A stretch of 64,000 nucleotides of DNA from Longimicrobiales bacterium (GTDB lineage Bacteria > Gemmatimonadota > Gemmatimonadetes > Longimicrobiales > Gaopeijiaceae), in the NCBI GenBank assembly GCA_965219445.1, contig CBDCNQ010000003.1:32001-96000 (forward strand), given 5' to 3'. Made by a program: the position numbers and the translations under genes. A model generated the notes under the pieces. It ran no database searches. It was not told where the DNA came from and saw only the letters and a list, made by a program, of their open reading frames with translations. Positions 29,006-39,927 of this stretch are shown one piece after another; the stretch's first letter is position 1; every line of letters begins with the position of its first letter.

Positions 29006-29611
29006 ATGGCGATCTCGCCGTGGCTTCGTAAATCGGTGTTGTTCATGCTCTGGTTTTCCCTGTTCACCGTAGTGGTCGTAATCGTGGCTTCCAACAAGCA
29101 ATATGGATACGCCCAGCCACCTGCGGATGCCCTGGCGGCGCAGGAGGCCCCTGGATGTCCAGGTGAGAGGATGGGAGTCCAGGCCACGGGCGAATACCGC
29201 AGCGCGATGACGGAGAACGGAGAATACAGGGATGGAAGCCAGATTGTGCACGTCAACGGGGAACCGTGGGGAGGCGCCGATTGGGCGCCGGGTGACCGCT
29301 CTTACTGGCACTGCCACCGTGGTGGCCAGCTCCTAGTGATGTGGGAAGGCGAGGGTCGTACGCAGGAACGAGGGCAAAGGGTTCGCATCATCAGACGGGG
29401 CGAGATGTCCTACGCCGCGCCCTGGCAGGAGCACTGGCACGGGGCGTCCCCAGACGAGCATGGCCATTGGTTGCAGTCTTCCCTCCAACCCACCGGAACT
29501 CACTGGATGGAGGAAGTGAGTGACGACGACTACCTGGGGAACGACATCGGGATCAACTCCCGGAATGAGTTCCTGGCCAACGGCGTCCGGGAGAAATATC
29601 CGGGTCGCTGA
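29006..29611 (+). CDS. Secreted cupin-domain protein
   Basis: SYWHCHRGGQ, EHWHGA; paralog of 13681. Confidence 0.8.
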   Translation: MAISPWLRKSVLFMLWFSLFTVVVVIVASNKQYGYAQPPADALAAQEAPGCPGERMGVQATGEYRSAMTENGEYRDGSQIVHVNGEPWGGADWAPGDRSYWHCHRGGQLLVMWEGEGRTQERGQRVRIIRRGEMSYAAPWQEHWHGASPDEHGHWLQSSLQPTGTHWMEEVSDDDYLGNDIGINSRNEFLANGVREKYPGR

Positions 29612-29617
29612 CGGCCC

Positions 29618-30394
29618 CTATCTACCGACCTCCACCTCTCCGGCTTGCCACTGCTCCGTCATCCACTCGCCGGCGGCCTGTAAGGGAGCGATGTAGCTTC
29701 CCATCATGTAATGACTGGCCCCTGCGAGCCGTATCATCCGCACTCTATGACCCCGCTCCGTAAGTAGTCTGGCGGTTTCCTCGGCGGGCTCGTATGGGAC
29801 GACTTCGTCGTCCGGACTGTGAATGAGGTGAACAGGCATAGTCCCGAGTCCATCCAGCGCATCGTCCCCTCGGGACGCCGCAATCGGGATAGCGCCGGTG
29901 AACAGGTCGGCGTGACGGGTGGCCAGGTACCACGTGCCCCGACCACCCATGCTGAAGCCCGTGACGAGGATTCGCCCGCGATCGATGACGTGATTCTCGA
30001 GCACATCGTTCAAGAGGGCCAGGACCGCCCGTTCCGAGTCCTCGTTCGCCCAGTTCCGCGCTGGAACGTCGGGTGCCACGATCACCGCCCCCCAGCCGCG
30101 CAGTGCCGGGTCGACGATCTGCTGCATGAAGGCGCTCCCGTAATACCTGGATCGACCTCCAGGATGCAGGGCGAGGATCAGCGGGCGTGGGTTATTGGGG
30201 CTGCCGTCGTACTCAGCCGGGAGTGAGATCGCGTAAAGCATCTCCTGTCCGCCGGCTAACTCGAAGACGGTCTCGGTCACGCGGGGAGCCGCTGGCGTTT
30301 GGGCAAACAGCTGTGTGACGGGCGCTCCCGAGACCAGCGCCCCCGACACGAGCAGCAACACGCCAGCGAGAAACCGGGTCAAAGGAGTATTCAC
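29618..30394 (-). CDS. Secreted esterase / dienelactone hydrolase-like protein
   Basis: GFSMGG, HSPDDEVVP, GASH. Confidence 0.85.
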   Translation of the reverse strand: MNTPLTRFLAGVLLLVSGALVSGAPVTQLFAQTPAAPRVTETVFELAGGQEMLYAISLPAEYDGSPNNPRPLILALHPGGRSRYYGSAFMQQIVDPALRGWGAVIVAPDVPARNWANEDSERAVLALLNDVLENHVIDRGRILVTGFSMGGRGTWYLATRHADLFTGAIPIAASRGDDALDGLGTMPVHLIHSPDDEVVPYEPAEETARLLTERGHRVRMIRLAGASHYMMGSYIAPLQAAGEWMTEQWQAGEVEVGR

Positions 30395-31048
30395 TCAGTT
30401 CAGCCCTTCGCCTTCGGCCATCAGTGTCATGTGTCGCCTCACCTGTTCGAGTCCGCCCTCACCCTCCGCTAACGAGATCGCCCCATCACCCGAGACATCG
30501 GTGCCGGCGGTGAGCTCTTCGCACAAGTCCCGTAGTTGTAGAACCACGTTGTAGGCTCGGTTGTAGTCACTCATCGGCAGGATTTGTCCCGCAAGGTCCA
30601 CGATCTGGTCTGCGCGCTGGGACACAGCTCTCGCGGCGGCTGCGACGTGCCCCGCGTGGGTCCGAACGTTTTCGGAAGCAGCGTCTGAACCTGTAGCCAA
30701 TTCGATGTGCCGAACGATTCCCTCGGCGGCAGCTTTCACCCCGAATCCCAAACCTGGGCCTCTTTCGAACTCCGCAGGATCGATCGCGTTCAGTACGTGC
30801 CTCGCGTGCTGTTTCATAGGATCGATGTTCGTGGGGTCGCGGGCCGCGAGCCGAGCGTGTTGCAGGGCTATTGCCGCCTCGGCCTCGGAGGTGGGCAACA
30901 GGCCCTCTCCCTCGGGAGTGGAGGCGAACGCCTCGAGGACGTGCCGGATGTGCGTATGGGAGGCATTGGCTTCCTGGGCGATCACGGCATCCGGGAGCAA
31001 TCCTCCGACCGCGGCAAGCGCGAGCGATAACACTAATCTGTGCGGCAT
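30395..31048 (-). CDS. Secreted His-rich helical hypothetical protein
   Basis: Paralog of 25263-25916 (H..HV...F...P.G.GL; GPGLGFG). Confidence 0.75.
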   Translation of the reverse strand: MPHRLVLSLALAAVGGLLPDAVIAQEANASHTHIRHVLEAFASTPEGEGLLPTSEAEAAIALQHARLAARDPTNIDPMKQHARHVLNAIDPAEFERGPGLGFGVKAAAEGIVRHIELATGSDAASENVRTHAGHVAAAARAVSQRADQIVDLAGQILPMSDYNRAYNVVLQLRDLCEELTAGTDVSGDGAISLAEGEGGLEQVRRHMTLMAEGEGLN

Positions 31049-31217
31049 GTGAGCCCTCCAACTGGAAGAGCGAGACGGGCACCAGGGCACTGTCGTCCCA
31101 GGGCGGGGGAACCAGGTCGTCCCGCGGGTGGAGTGATCTTGGCATGTGGGGGTGCCGCTCGGCAACTCCTGATCCGTGCCGACCGTCTGGGGGCTCCGGA
31201 CGTGGCGTCCTCTCCGG

Positions 31218-31934
31218 TCAGTCGTCGTCGCGGTCTTTCTGGTCGATCGCCTCGATCGTGACCCATCCCAGGGCTTTTGCCGCGGAGTACCGGTACGCGC
31301 GCTCACGAAACGCGACGAAGCTCACTGCAGAGGCCAGGATGCTCACCAAGAACACCTGAGAGCGGATGATCGGGAAGGGTCCAATCGACCCCACGCCGTC
31401 GAGGGCGGCGACGGGGGCCCAAAAGGGCAGGATGAAGGCCAGGAAGGCCAGCGGGATAATGAAGCCGCGGGCCACCCGGTACTGTTCACGATACACCTGG
31501 ATCATCTCGAAGACGTGGGGTGCACGGACCATGAGCTGGCACTCGACACCGTGCATGAACGCAGCGGCCACGACTGCGCGATCGTCGGGGTCTTCCTCCT
31601 CCCACAGGTCCGCAAAGGTGGGTCCTCCCCGCAAGGGATGGACTCTGCCGAGGGCCGCCAGGCGGTTTCTCACCGCCCTGCTCCCCAAGATCTCTACGGT
31701 CCACCGCCCCTTCTGCTTGTGGAAGAGCCCTCGTGAGATCGTATGCATGACAACGCCCAGCGCGAACGACACCGTCAGAGCGGCCAGGAAGACGAACATT
31801 GCCTGACTCCCGGTCCATGCCGGGATCCCCTCGACGTTGAACGTCGGTGACCATACATCGGCCAGCACAAGCAGGACCATCGAAGTGAACAGACCGTGGA
31901 CCAGGTTGGTGAGTGACAGGTAGATCGTTCGCAT
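31218..31934 (-). CDS. Hypothetical membrane protein
   Basis: About four hydrophobic helices. Confidence 0.65.
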   Translation of the reverse strand: MRTIYLSLTNLVHGLFTSMVLLVLADVWSPTFNVEGIPAWTGSQAMFVFLAALTVSFALGVVMHTISRGLFHKQKGRWTVEILGSRAVRNRLAALGRVHPLRGGPTFADLWEEEDPDDRAVVAAAFMHGVECQLMVRAPHVFEMIQVYREQYRVARGFIIPLAFLAFILPFWAPVAALDGVGSIGPFPIIRSQVFLVSILASAVSFVAFRERAYRYSAAKALGWVTIEAIDQKDRDDD

Positions 31935-32234
31935 CGGTGGAACTCCGGGGCGTTGGGGTGACGGAGTGTCTTCAGTAGGCCGTGCGATCTCGAACTCCAT
32001 GGAATAGGTTGAATGCCATGACTCCACTATAGGCCCTAGACCGCTCACGGGTATAGGCTTTAGACTGCTCGCGGTGGAGGGCATCCAAGATCCCATATCC
32101 GTATGCACCCGGTCGAACGAGGCGTCCCGCAAAGCGCGGTAAAGTTGAACAATGAATCATTTATGCGTATTGATAGTCGCTGAATCACAAGACATCGGGG
32201 CATCACCGATCCACGTTACGGAGCTTGTCCGATC

Positions 32235-33359
32235 ATGCGCAATTCAAGACCTCTAGTGGTTTCAATGCTCGTCGGTTTACTCGCCGTGTTCCTTCCCGGA
32301 CCAGCTTCGTCTCAGGATCTTGGACCGGTTGGCCCCAGCCCTTATGACGTCGTCGAAGGGTGGCAGAAGCCATTCGCCAAGCAGGGCTTCGCGTTCGGCG
32401 GTAATTCGGGTGTATTCGCCGAATCGCCAGATCGCATCTTCATCTCACAGCGTGGCGAAACCAGATTGCCCATCCCGATTCCCCCAGAATTCGCGGGATA
32501 TGCGGGATCCCTCGGGATCAACACTTTACGGGCTACCGATCTGCGCACGTGGCAGAACTGCCTGTATACAATGGATGGTGATGGCAATGTGATCGACGTC
32601 TGGGACCAGTGGGACTACTTGTGTGCCGGGTCAGAAGGACCTGGACCCCACAGGCTTCGCATAAACCCTTACGATCCCGAGCGTCGTGTGTGGCTCGTCA
32701 ACGAGACCTTTCACCAGATTTACGTGTTCTCCAACGACGGCAGCGAACTGCTGATGACGCTGGGTGAGAAAGACACCCCAGGAGACGACGAGACCCATTT
32801 CGGCAGGCCGCAGGACGTGGCTTTTTTACCGGACGGAAGAGTTCTGGTGGCTGATGGGCTGGACAATCATCGCGTCATCATCCTGGATAACGAGGGAAAC
32901 TATCTGTCAGAGTTTGGAGGGTACGGAGACGGGCCCGGTCAATTCAATGGCATTCACGCGATAGGTATCGGGCCCGATGGTCTGATCTTCGCCCTCGATC
33001 GCTCGGGGGGTCGAGTCAACGTGTTCAGGACCACAGACGATCCGAAAGAAGTCGAGTTTGTGGATGTTTGGGGCGGTTTTGGCCTGACTTTGGACATCAT
33101 TGTCAACGAGGATAGCATCTGGATAACCACCCTCGGACCGCTCAGGTTCGTCAAGATGGACTTCGAGGGTAATCGGCTATACACGTGGCATGTCCCCAGG
33201 GAACTACCGAATGGGTATCTCGAAGTGCACACGATTACGGTCGACTCCGAGGGTAATCTCTACGGAGGGGACAATCAGTATGGCCGGACTCAAAAGTTCG
33301 TAGCCAAGCCTGACGCAGATCCGGAATTGATCATCGGGCCGCCGTGGGTAGCACGTTGA
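32235..33359 (+). CDS. NHL-repeat PAL-like beta-propeller protein
   Basis: GPHRL, FGRPQDVAF, GIHAI, EVHTI. Confidence 0.85.
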   Translation: MRNSRPLVVSMLVGLLAVFLPGPASSQDLGPVGPSPYDVVEGWQKPFAKQGFAFGGNSGVFAESPDRIFISQRGETRLPIPIPPEFAGYAGSLGINTLRATDLRTWQNCLYTMDGDGNVIDVWDQWDYLCAGSEGPGPHRLRINPYDPERRVWLVNETFHQIYVFSNDGSELLMTLGEKDTPGDDETHFGRPQDVAFLPDGRVLVADGLDNHRVIILDNEGNYLSEFGGYGDGPGQFNGIHAIGIGPDGLIFALDRSGGRVNVFRTTDDPKEVEFVDVWGGFGLTLDIIVNEDSIWITTLGPLRFVKMDFEGNRLYTWHVPRELPNGYLEVHTITVDSEGNLYGGDNQYGRTQKFVAKPDADPELIIGPPWVAR

Positions 33360-33452
33360 CTACGGCACCGGACATAGCGGACAAGCCGCGTCCAAGGCGC
33401 ACGGGGCTGTAAACACGACTAAGGCCTGTGGGTCTGTAAGCTTTCTCTAAGC

Positions 33453-34382
33453 TTACGGGGTCGCCACTCCGCCACCGAGTCCGTGCTGTGACAGAAAACG
33501 CTGAATCGTCTCGAAGATCGCCACCGTCTGTTCCCGATCGAAGCCACCGTGACGCCCATTGGGAACGGTGTGTAGCACGTTCGGCACGCCGACCGCTTCC
33601 AGCCTCTCGTGCAGCGCGACGGCGTGCTGATACGGGACCGTCGGGTCCGCATCACCGTGGATCGTCAACGTGGGTGGTAGTCCCGCCCGGACGTACTTCA
33701 TCGGGGACACGCGTTCGGCGATCTCGAATCGGTTCGCCAGGCTACCCATCCACTCGACTGCGTAACCCCGGGTATTGGGACCCTCGAGCAAGTCACCGAC
33801 ATCAGTGATCCCATACCAGTTGATGATCGCTGCTACGCGTAGCTCTTCGGAGCCCGGACACTCACGGTCCAGACCCGCCGATGCGGGGATCATGCCGGTC
33901 GTCAAGGCAAGGTGGCCTCCTGCCGAGTTCCCGGTCGTCACGATACGCGACGGATCCAGGTTGTACTCGTCAGCGTTTCGAATGACCCAACGCAGAGCGC
34001 ACAGCCCGTCCTCCACCGCCGCCGGCGCACGCGCCACCGCACCCAGGCGGTACCCGACGTTGACCACAGCCCATCCCATCTCGAGATAGGGCAGGATGCG
34101 AAGCACGTTGGCTTCCTTCGACCCGCCAACCCATCCTCCACCGTGGATGTACATCAAAACGGGTGTTGAACCGCTGGCGCTCCGTGGGACGTACAGGTCG
34201 AGCTTGTTCTCGTGGCCGCTCGCGACGTGATACGTCACGTTGGGCGTCACCCGGTACTGATTGGACACATGAGCCAGGAATGAGCTCGTGTCCCCGAGTT
34301 GGGCATTCGCCTCGTTCGGCGGCGCCGCCACCAGAAGTGCGACACCAAGGAACATGACGAAGGGGCTAGACCGTCTAGACAT
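33453..34382 (-). CDS. Secreted alpha/beta hydrolase (HSL/BD-FAE-like esterase)
   Basis: IHGGGW, GNSAGG, HGDADPTVP, GRHG. Confidence 0.9.
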   Translation of the reverse strand: MSRRSSPFVMFLGVALLVAAPPNEANAQLGDTSSFLAHVSNQYRVTPNVTYHVASGHENKLDLYVPRSASGSTPVLMYIHGGGWVGGSKEANVLRILPYLEMGWAVVNVGYRLGAVARAPAAVEDGLCALRWVIRNADEYNLDPSRIVTTGNSAGGHLALTTGMIPASAGLDRECPGSEELRVAAIINWYGITDVGDLLEGPNTRGYAVEWMGSLANRFEIAERVSPMKYVRAGLPPTLTIHGDADPTVPYQHAVALHERLEAVGVPNVLHTVPNGRHGGFDREQTVAIFETIQRFLSQHGLGGGVATP

Positions 34383-34489
34383 GTTCTCCTCCCATCAGTT
34401 TTAAACCCTTGCCTGCCAAAGAAACCTACGGGGTGCACTCACCCCCCGAAGGTCTACTCACTCCTCTCGACCTTGGGTCAACTTCCAGC

Positions 34490-36700
34490 TTAGGGTTCGC
34501 CTAACCGGAACACGTAGAGGGCATTGGCCTCAGGACGACTCACGAATTCCGTCGCCAGGAACGTTGCTATGCGCCACGGACTCCCACCATTCCGCGCTGC
34601 CGTCATGGCAATGTACTGCACGCCGTCCACCTCGAAAGTCATCGGGAACCCCTGGACCGAAGTACCGAGCCGGGTCTCCCAGAGCACGTCTCCCGTTTGG
34701 ATGTCATGGGCCCTGAACCATCTGTCATAGGATCCGGCGAACGCGAGTCCACCCGCAGTCGTCAACGCTCCTGTGAGGAAGGGCGCCCTCTGTTCGATAC
34801 TCCACACCTCTTCCAACGTCTCCACATCGAACGCCGCGAGCTTTCCAACCATCCCGTCCGTTCCGGGCATCTCCTTCCACGCGCGCTCCCCCCCACTGCC
34901 GCCCCCTCTACCTGGCTCCAGGACAACTTCGCGTCCGGTCATGTCCATGCAGCTTTGGCTCAGTGGAAGCACGATGAGGCCCGCATCCGGAGAGTAACTG
35001 GACGCCTGCCAGTTTTTCCCCCCAGCCGTAGAGGGGCACACCGACACCCACTCGCCTAACCTCGCGTTCGTGATATCGTCCCTGTATTGCACCGCGCCCG
35101 TTTCGGGATTGATCGAGAGAATGTTCTGGAAGACCGTCTCCTTCATACCCAGGAACGTCCCGTCTCGCCTGTCGAGCTTCCAGAGTACGCCATGTTTGCC
35201 GGTGGTGAGGAGGGAAGGCACGCCGTCGATGTCCGCGAGAACCTGCTCGAATCCTTCGTCCATGTCCAAGGACTCGCCCGGAACGTGCTGGCGGTACCAC
35301 ACAATGCGTCCGGTCTCCACATCGAGGGCCAGGGTCGAGTTCGCGTAGAGCGTCGAGTCGGCGGTGGTGAGCCCTCGGCTAGCGGCCACCCACGGCTTCG
35401 CCTGCGCGGTACCGAAGTAGACCAGGCCTAGATCGGGATCCCAGCTGCCGCCATTCCACAGTTCCCCCCCCGCTCGTAGCTCGAACGGGAGGTCGCCCCA
35501 GGTGTCTCCACCCGGCTCGCCGGGCCGAGTGATCACCTCGGTCTGCCAAAGAAACTCGCCATTACGGACGTCGTGGGCGCTGACAAAGCACTTTTGTTCG
35601 ACGAATCTGCCGCAACCGTTGACCCCGTTGATCACCTTCCCGTCGGCTATGATGGGTCCCGCAGTGTTACTGACCCCCATCTCTGGAGTCTCCCAGCGAA
35701 CGACTCCGGTCGGAGCGTCCAACGCGACGATCGCTCCGTCGGGCGTGGACGCGAGAACGAGATCCCCCCAAAGAGCGACGCTTTGCACCCGTTGACCGAT
35801 GTTGGCGTCCTTTCTGCGGTACTCCCACAGGAGCGTGCCGTCTGTGCCGTCCAGCGCCTGCACGGAGCCACCCGCAGTGGTCAGGAAGAGAATGCCCGAT
35901 CTCTCGAGAGCTGCGGTCCGGTACCGGCTTCCATCGGGCAACGCCCAGACCCAGGCAAGCTGCAGGCGATGGACGTTCTCCGTATTGATCTGCGTCATGG
36001 GGCTGAAACCGGTCGACCCGGGAGAGCCTCGCCAATGCAGCCAGTCTCCATCGGGAGGCGAGGCCAGATCGGCGTCCGTCACCGGAGCAAACCGCTCCGG
36101 CGTGCGAAACGTCTCCGTGACGCTCGTGGCGGTTTCAGATAACGAGCCAAGAAATTCAGGCGGAGCCTGTCTCGTGTCCGGCGAACGGATCGTCCCGACC
36201 CGGCCGGGAATCGGAGGAATACCCCCCACAATCGTGGCTGCGGCCTGCGCACCCGGAATCACCGTTCCGCTGGAAGCCATGCTCAGTTGAGTTCCGCCCG
36301 CCGGTACCTCGTTCGCTCGCAGCAAATACGCCACAACCGAGGAGACCTGCTCGGTGCTCAGAGAGCCGGCAGCTTCGGGCGGCATGGTGGCCGCGATCAG
36401 CTCGAGTAGATCGCCCACCGGCCGGCCACCCCACTGGTTTCGGAAGTTTGGGCCGGCCAGCTCAGGAGCCTCGAACGAGCCCTGGAAATCCGTCAGGTGA
36501 CACACCGAGCACGTGCTCTGATACACAGCCGCCCCGGCCTCGGCCTGGGCGTTCGTGTAGGACCCCGAAGGCTGCTGCCCGGAGGCGGGGGTCGCCCATA
36601 GGATCACCACGCTCAGTGAGAGCGCAGAGAGAATGCACAGGCCGGCCCTTGTTAGATTCTCCGGGTACGAACGAACTAGCATCAAGTTGGGGAAATTCAT
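34490..36700 (-). CDS. Cytochrome c-PQQ dehydrogenase fusion
   Basis: N-terminal CSVCH domain followed by a PQQ propeller ([21 protein letters not shown]). Confidence 0.88.
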   Translation of the reverse strand: MNFPNLMLVRSYPENLTRAGLCILSALSLSVVILWATPASGQQPSGSYTNAQAEAGAAVYQSTCSVCHLTDFQGSFEAPELAGPNFRNQWGGRPVGDLLELIAATMPPEAAGSLSTEQVSSVVAYLLRANEVPAGGTQLSMASSGTVIPGAQAAATIVGGIPPIPGRVGTIRSPDTRQAPPEFLGSLSETATSVTETFRTPERFAPVTDADLASPPDGDWLHWRGSPGSTGFSPMTQINTENVHRLQLAWVWALPDGSRYRTAALERSGILFLTTAGGSVQALDGTDGTLLWEYRRKDANIGQRVQSVALWGDLVLASTPDGAIVALDAPTGVVRWETPEMGVSNTAGPIIADGKVINGVNGCGRFVEQKCFVSAHDVRNGEFLWQTEVITRPGEPGGDTWGDLPFELRAGGELWNGGSWDPDLGLVYFGTAQAKPWVAASRGLTTADSTLYANSTLALDVETGRIVWYRQHVPGESLDMDEGFEQVLADIDGVPSLLTTGKHGVLWKLDRRDGTFLGMKETVFQNILSINPETGAVQYRDDITNARLGEWVSVCPSTAGGKNWQASSYSPDAGLIVLPLSQSCMDMTGREVVLEPGRGGGSGGERAWKEMPGTDGMVGKLAAFDVETLEEVWSIEQRAPFLTGALTTAGGLAFAGSYDRWFRAHDIQTGDVLWETRLGTSVQGFPMTFEVDGVQYIAMTAARNGGSPWRIATFLATEFVSRPEANALYVFRLGEP

Positions 36701-36895
36701 CTGTTTTCCCGCCTCCAGCGGATGGGCAACGGTGGGATCGCGCGCTGAGCGGCGCATCCATAAATAACCGAGCTCCGACTCAGAAGCCCCCCGAGATGCG
36801 CGTCGGACACTGGCACATTGAGGGTTGTCATACCCTTTCGTCAATGGCACCAGAGGGTTTGGCTCAGATCTCAGTGATCCACGACAAAGTGAATC

Positions 36896-39751
36896 TCAGG
36901 GATTCAACCAGTAGCTGACCTTGAGCATGAAGATGTTGTCGGGCTGCAGGCCGAACAGAGCACGTGCGTCCCGTCCAAGCTTGAACTCACCGACGCCGTC
37001 CTCCAGCCTACCCCCGCCTGTGCGTAACAGCTCCTGTGAGCGAGTTTGCTGCCACACGAGAAACAGGGTGCTCCCGGGGCGCCACTGCCATCGGAGCACG
37101 GCGTTACCGAGGAGTGACCGGAAGTTGAAGTCGAGAGGACTGACCTGGAAGGTCCCGGAGCCGGTGCCGTCGGGATCGACTGTGAACCCACCGTCATTAT
37201 TGCGGGTCACCGTGCCGACGTCCCGACCGTAGCGAAGGAAATCGAAGCTTCGCGGTGCGGTGAGCTCCATGAGTCCGGAGTAGTCCCCACTTGAAACGAA
37301 GGGCTGTGCGTACAGCTCGAAGGTGAGGTCAGGACTGAACGTAACGTTCAGCCGGGTCTCCACACCGACGGTGGTTTGGTCGAGAGGGGCGAACACGTAG
37401 CGCCGGCCAAAAGTTTGAGTGGCCGCCGGATCCGAGACGGTCGTGACATATTGAGCCGCCGCGCGAGTACGGCTCACATTCGTCCCGACCTGGAGCTCGT
37501 AGATCTCCAGGAATCGAACCCCCAGCGTGAGATTTCCACCTCGGCTCCTGCCCCCCTCGTCGTCCTCCGCCAACTCAAAGCCTGCCTGAAGCTGCCAGAT
37601 TTTGCGCCGATCGGTGTTGAAACCGACGCTCCCAGAATAACCGGAGGGCTGACGGGTCAGCGGACCGCCTCGGGTCAGCCTGTCGTTCCAGACCCCGAAC
37701 TGACGCGCGACGCGGGCATTGATTTGGTTGAAGCTCACGTGCTGTGCCCGAAGAGAGAGACTGGTCTCGGCCGCAACCACCTCGCCGCCGAAGTTGAGCC
37801 TACCGATCGTGCCTGCGTTGACACTCAACGTGCGAAAATGCCGCCCAGCGGTAGGCTGCTCGTACCCGAAACTCGACCTCATTTCCATCCGGTCGGCCCA
37901 GCTCTGAAAACCCAGGTCGTTTACTTCGTAGCCTGGACTGATCGCCGTCACCCCTAGGTCGCCCTGCCAAGTCCCCGCCTGCTTGACCAGGTCGAGCTTG
38001 CCGTAGAGGCCGTTGAGCGATGTGGCCGACGGGTCGAACTGGAGATGGGTCGCGTCCGGCCGGTCCAGGTAGCGTGCCGAACTCTCCTGCGCACGTGTGA
38101 TCGCATCGATGCTCCCGTTCACGCTGCTCCCCGATAGCTTCCCGGCGAGCAGCCATTTCTGGCTGTTCCATTCGATCCGGCCGTCCATCCCGATCGAATA
38201 CGCTGACGACCTCAACCGTGCCTCCAGCTCTTTGCTGCCGAGAGCACGATTCACGCTGGTCGCCACCAGCCCGAACGAACCCGTCCCTTGACGAATGTCG
38301 CGTCTCAGGCGCGCCGCCAGGTAGTTCGCCCGCGGCTCGACTTCCGTCCCCGCCTTCACGCCAGCCACATCCACCCAGGGGGCGCGCACCCGATCAGTCA
38401 CTGCATCCAGGATTCCCACCGACCAGCCGTTCGCCGTTTTTCCGGAGATCTTCATCGCCCCGAGAATGGTCGTTGAACCGGGAACGTCCATGTACTCCGC
38501 CTCGCCCGGCAGGACCCCTTGCGGAGGCCTTCCGATGCGCCTGGAGTAGACTAATTGCACCTCCGATCCGCCTGGCCGGCCCCCAAGGTCCCCAAAGCGG
38601 AAAATCTCGGCGCCCTCCACGAAGAAGGGCCGCTTCTCCTCGAACCGCGTCTCGAACGCCGTCAGGTTGATCACTGCCGGGTCCAGCTCGACCTGGCCGA
38701 AGTCGGGGTTGACCGTCGCGTCCAGCGTGAGGTTCGTTCCGAGCCGGTATTTCAGATCCAGTCCCGCGTTCCCGAAGAAGTCCGATCCGCTTCGGAACGG
38801 GTTGTCGAACCCCGCGGCCTCGCTACGCGGAATCTGCAAGTACTCTGCACGACCCGTGACGTAAGGAAGAATCTCCAGACGCTTTCCCTGCCCGATCCCC
38901 TCGATCCCGTCCAGATGGCCGAAGCGGGGTACCCCGCCGGGCTCACTGCGGGGAGTGAACGCCCAGGTGACGTCTTCGCCCTTACGCCTCAGCTTGCGCT
39001 CGGTCTGAAATCCCCAATGCTGAACTTCGTCCGCCCGGTATCGAAGCTGGCTGAACGGAATCCTCATCTCCACGAACCAGCCCTCGTCGGTGGTCATAGT
39101 TTCGACGTCCCAAACCGGGTCCCACGAGGTGTCCCCGAGCCCTCCTCCCGCCACTTGGATTTGATCTTTCTGGACTCCCGACGGCCACGTACCGAATCGA
39201 TAGGCGGTACGATGATCGTGATAGCTGTCAAACAAGACCACGAAGAAGTCTGAGTCGGGCACCCCCGCATCCCTCCGTGCCATACGGCTGAACACCTCTC
39301 CTTCGTCCCACAACCAGGCACCGACATAAATTGCATCGTCGTCATAGAGAAGACGGACCTCCGTCTCCTCGCTGACTGGCTGACCCTCGTCGGGAATCGT
39401 CTGACGGAAGTCGGTGATCGCGGGCGCGGTCATCCATACGACCTCGTCCAACAGCCCGTCGATCACAATCGGTCGGTCCGTTCGAACGGCCTGTGCCCGG
39501 GGTGCCAGCCCGTCGTGAGAATACGCCGCCGGGGCCTCGCTCTGTGTACCCGTATCCTCCGCGTCCAGCTCGGTGTCCTGGGCCAGCACCACTCGGGGGG
39601 CCCAGAGGAGCACGGAGCCCGCGACCGCGGCAGCGACACGCCGAGGCCGAGGCCTGATGCCCCGACGGCGGTGAGAAGGTACCCGAGAGCACTGGTGCGT
39701 GGGAACTCGGTCCTCGAGGGCTGTGTTGAGGCGGGCGACGGTGTCGGGCAT
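36896..39751 (-). CDS. CBM9/DUF5916 outer-membrane hydrolase-like protein
   Basis: IDGLLDE..W, EMRIPFSQLRY, NPDFGQVELD, EKRPFFVEG, C-terminal KVSYWL; start uncertain. Confidence 0.85.
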   Translation of the reverse strand: MPDTVARLNTALEDRVPTHQCSRVPSHRRRGIRPRPRRVAAAVAGSVLLWAPRVVLAQDTELDAEDTGTQSEAPAAYSHDGLAPRAQAVRTDRPIVIDGLLDEVVWMTAPAITDFRQTIPDEGQPVSEETEVRLLYDDDAIYVGAWLWDEGEVFSRMARRDAGVPDSDFFVVLFDSYHDHRTAYRFGTWPSGVQKDQIQVAGGGLGDTSWDPVWDVETMTTDEGWFVEMRIPFSQLRYRADEVQHWGFQTERKLRRKGEDVTWAFTPRSEPGGVPRFGHLDGIEGIGQGKRLEILPYVTGRAEYLQIPRSEAAGFDNPFRSGSDFFGNAGLDLKYRLGTNLTLDATVNPDFGQVELDPAVINLTAFETRFEEKRPFFVEGAEIFRFGDLGGRPGGSEVQLVYSRRIGRPPQGVLPGEAEYMDVPGSTTILGAMKISGKTANGWSVGILDAVTDRVRAPWVDVAGVKAGTEVEPRANYLAARLRRDIRQGTGSFGLVATSVNRALGSKELEARLRSSAYSIGMDGRIEWNSQKWLLAGKLSGSSVNGSIDAITRAQESSARYLDRPDATHLQFDPSATSLNGLYGKLDLVKQAGTWQGDLGVTAISPGYEVNDLGFQSWADRMEMRSSFGYEQPTAGRHFRTLSVNAGTIGRLNFGGEVVAAETSLSLRAQHVSFNQINARVARQFGVWNDRLTRGGPLTRQPSGYSGSVGFNTDRRKIWQLQAGFELAEDDEGGRSRGGNLTLGVRFLEIYELQVGTNVSRTRAAAQYVTTVSDPAATQTFGRRYVFAPLDQTTVGVETRLNVTFSPDLTFELYAQPFVSSGDYSGLMELTAPRSFDFLRYGRDVGTVTRNNDGGFTVDPDGTGSGTFQVSPLDFNFRSLLGNAVLRWQWRPGSTLFLVWQQTRSQELLRTGGGRLEDGVGEFKLGRDARALFGLQPDNIFMLKVSYWLNP

Positions 39752-39927
39752 GGCGCACAAGATGAGTCCGAGAGGTGTGGGGCTGCAAGCACCTTCTCAG
39801 CAGATCTAGCTCGCCTTTTCAGCAGTTGGCTCGCCAGCTACTTTGCCCCGGCCAGCCTCAGGCGGGCCGGTCGCCGTTCTTTACGGTGAGCCTGACATCG
39901 TCCACGGAACGAAAAGTGAGGGCCGAC

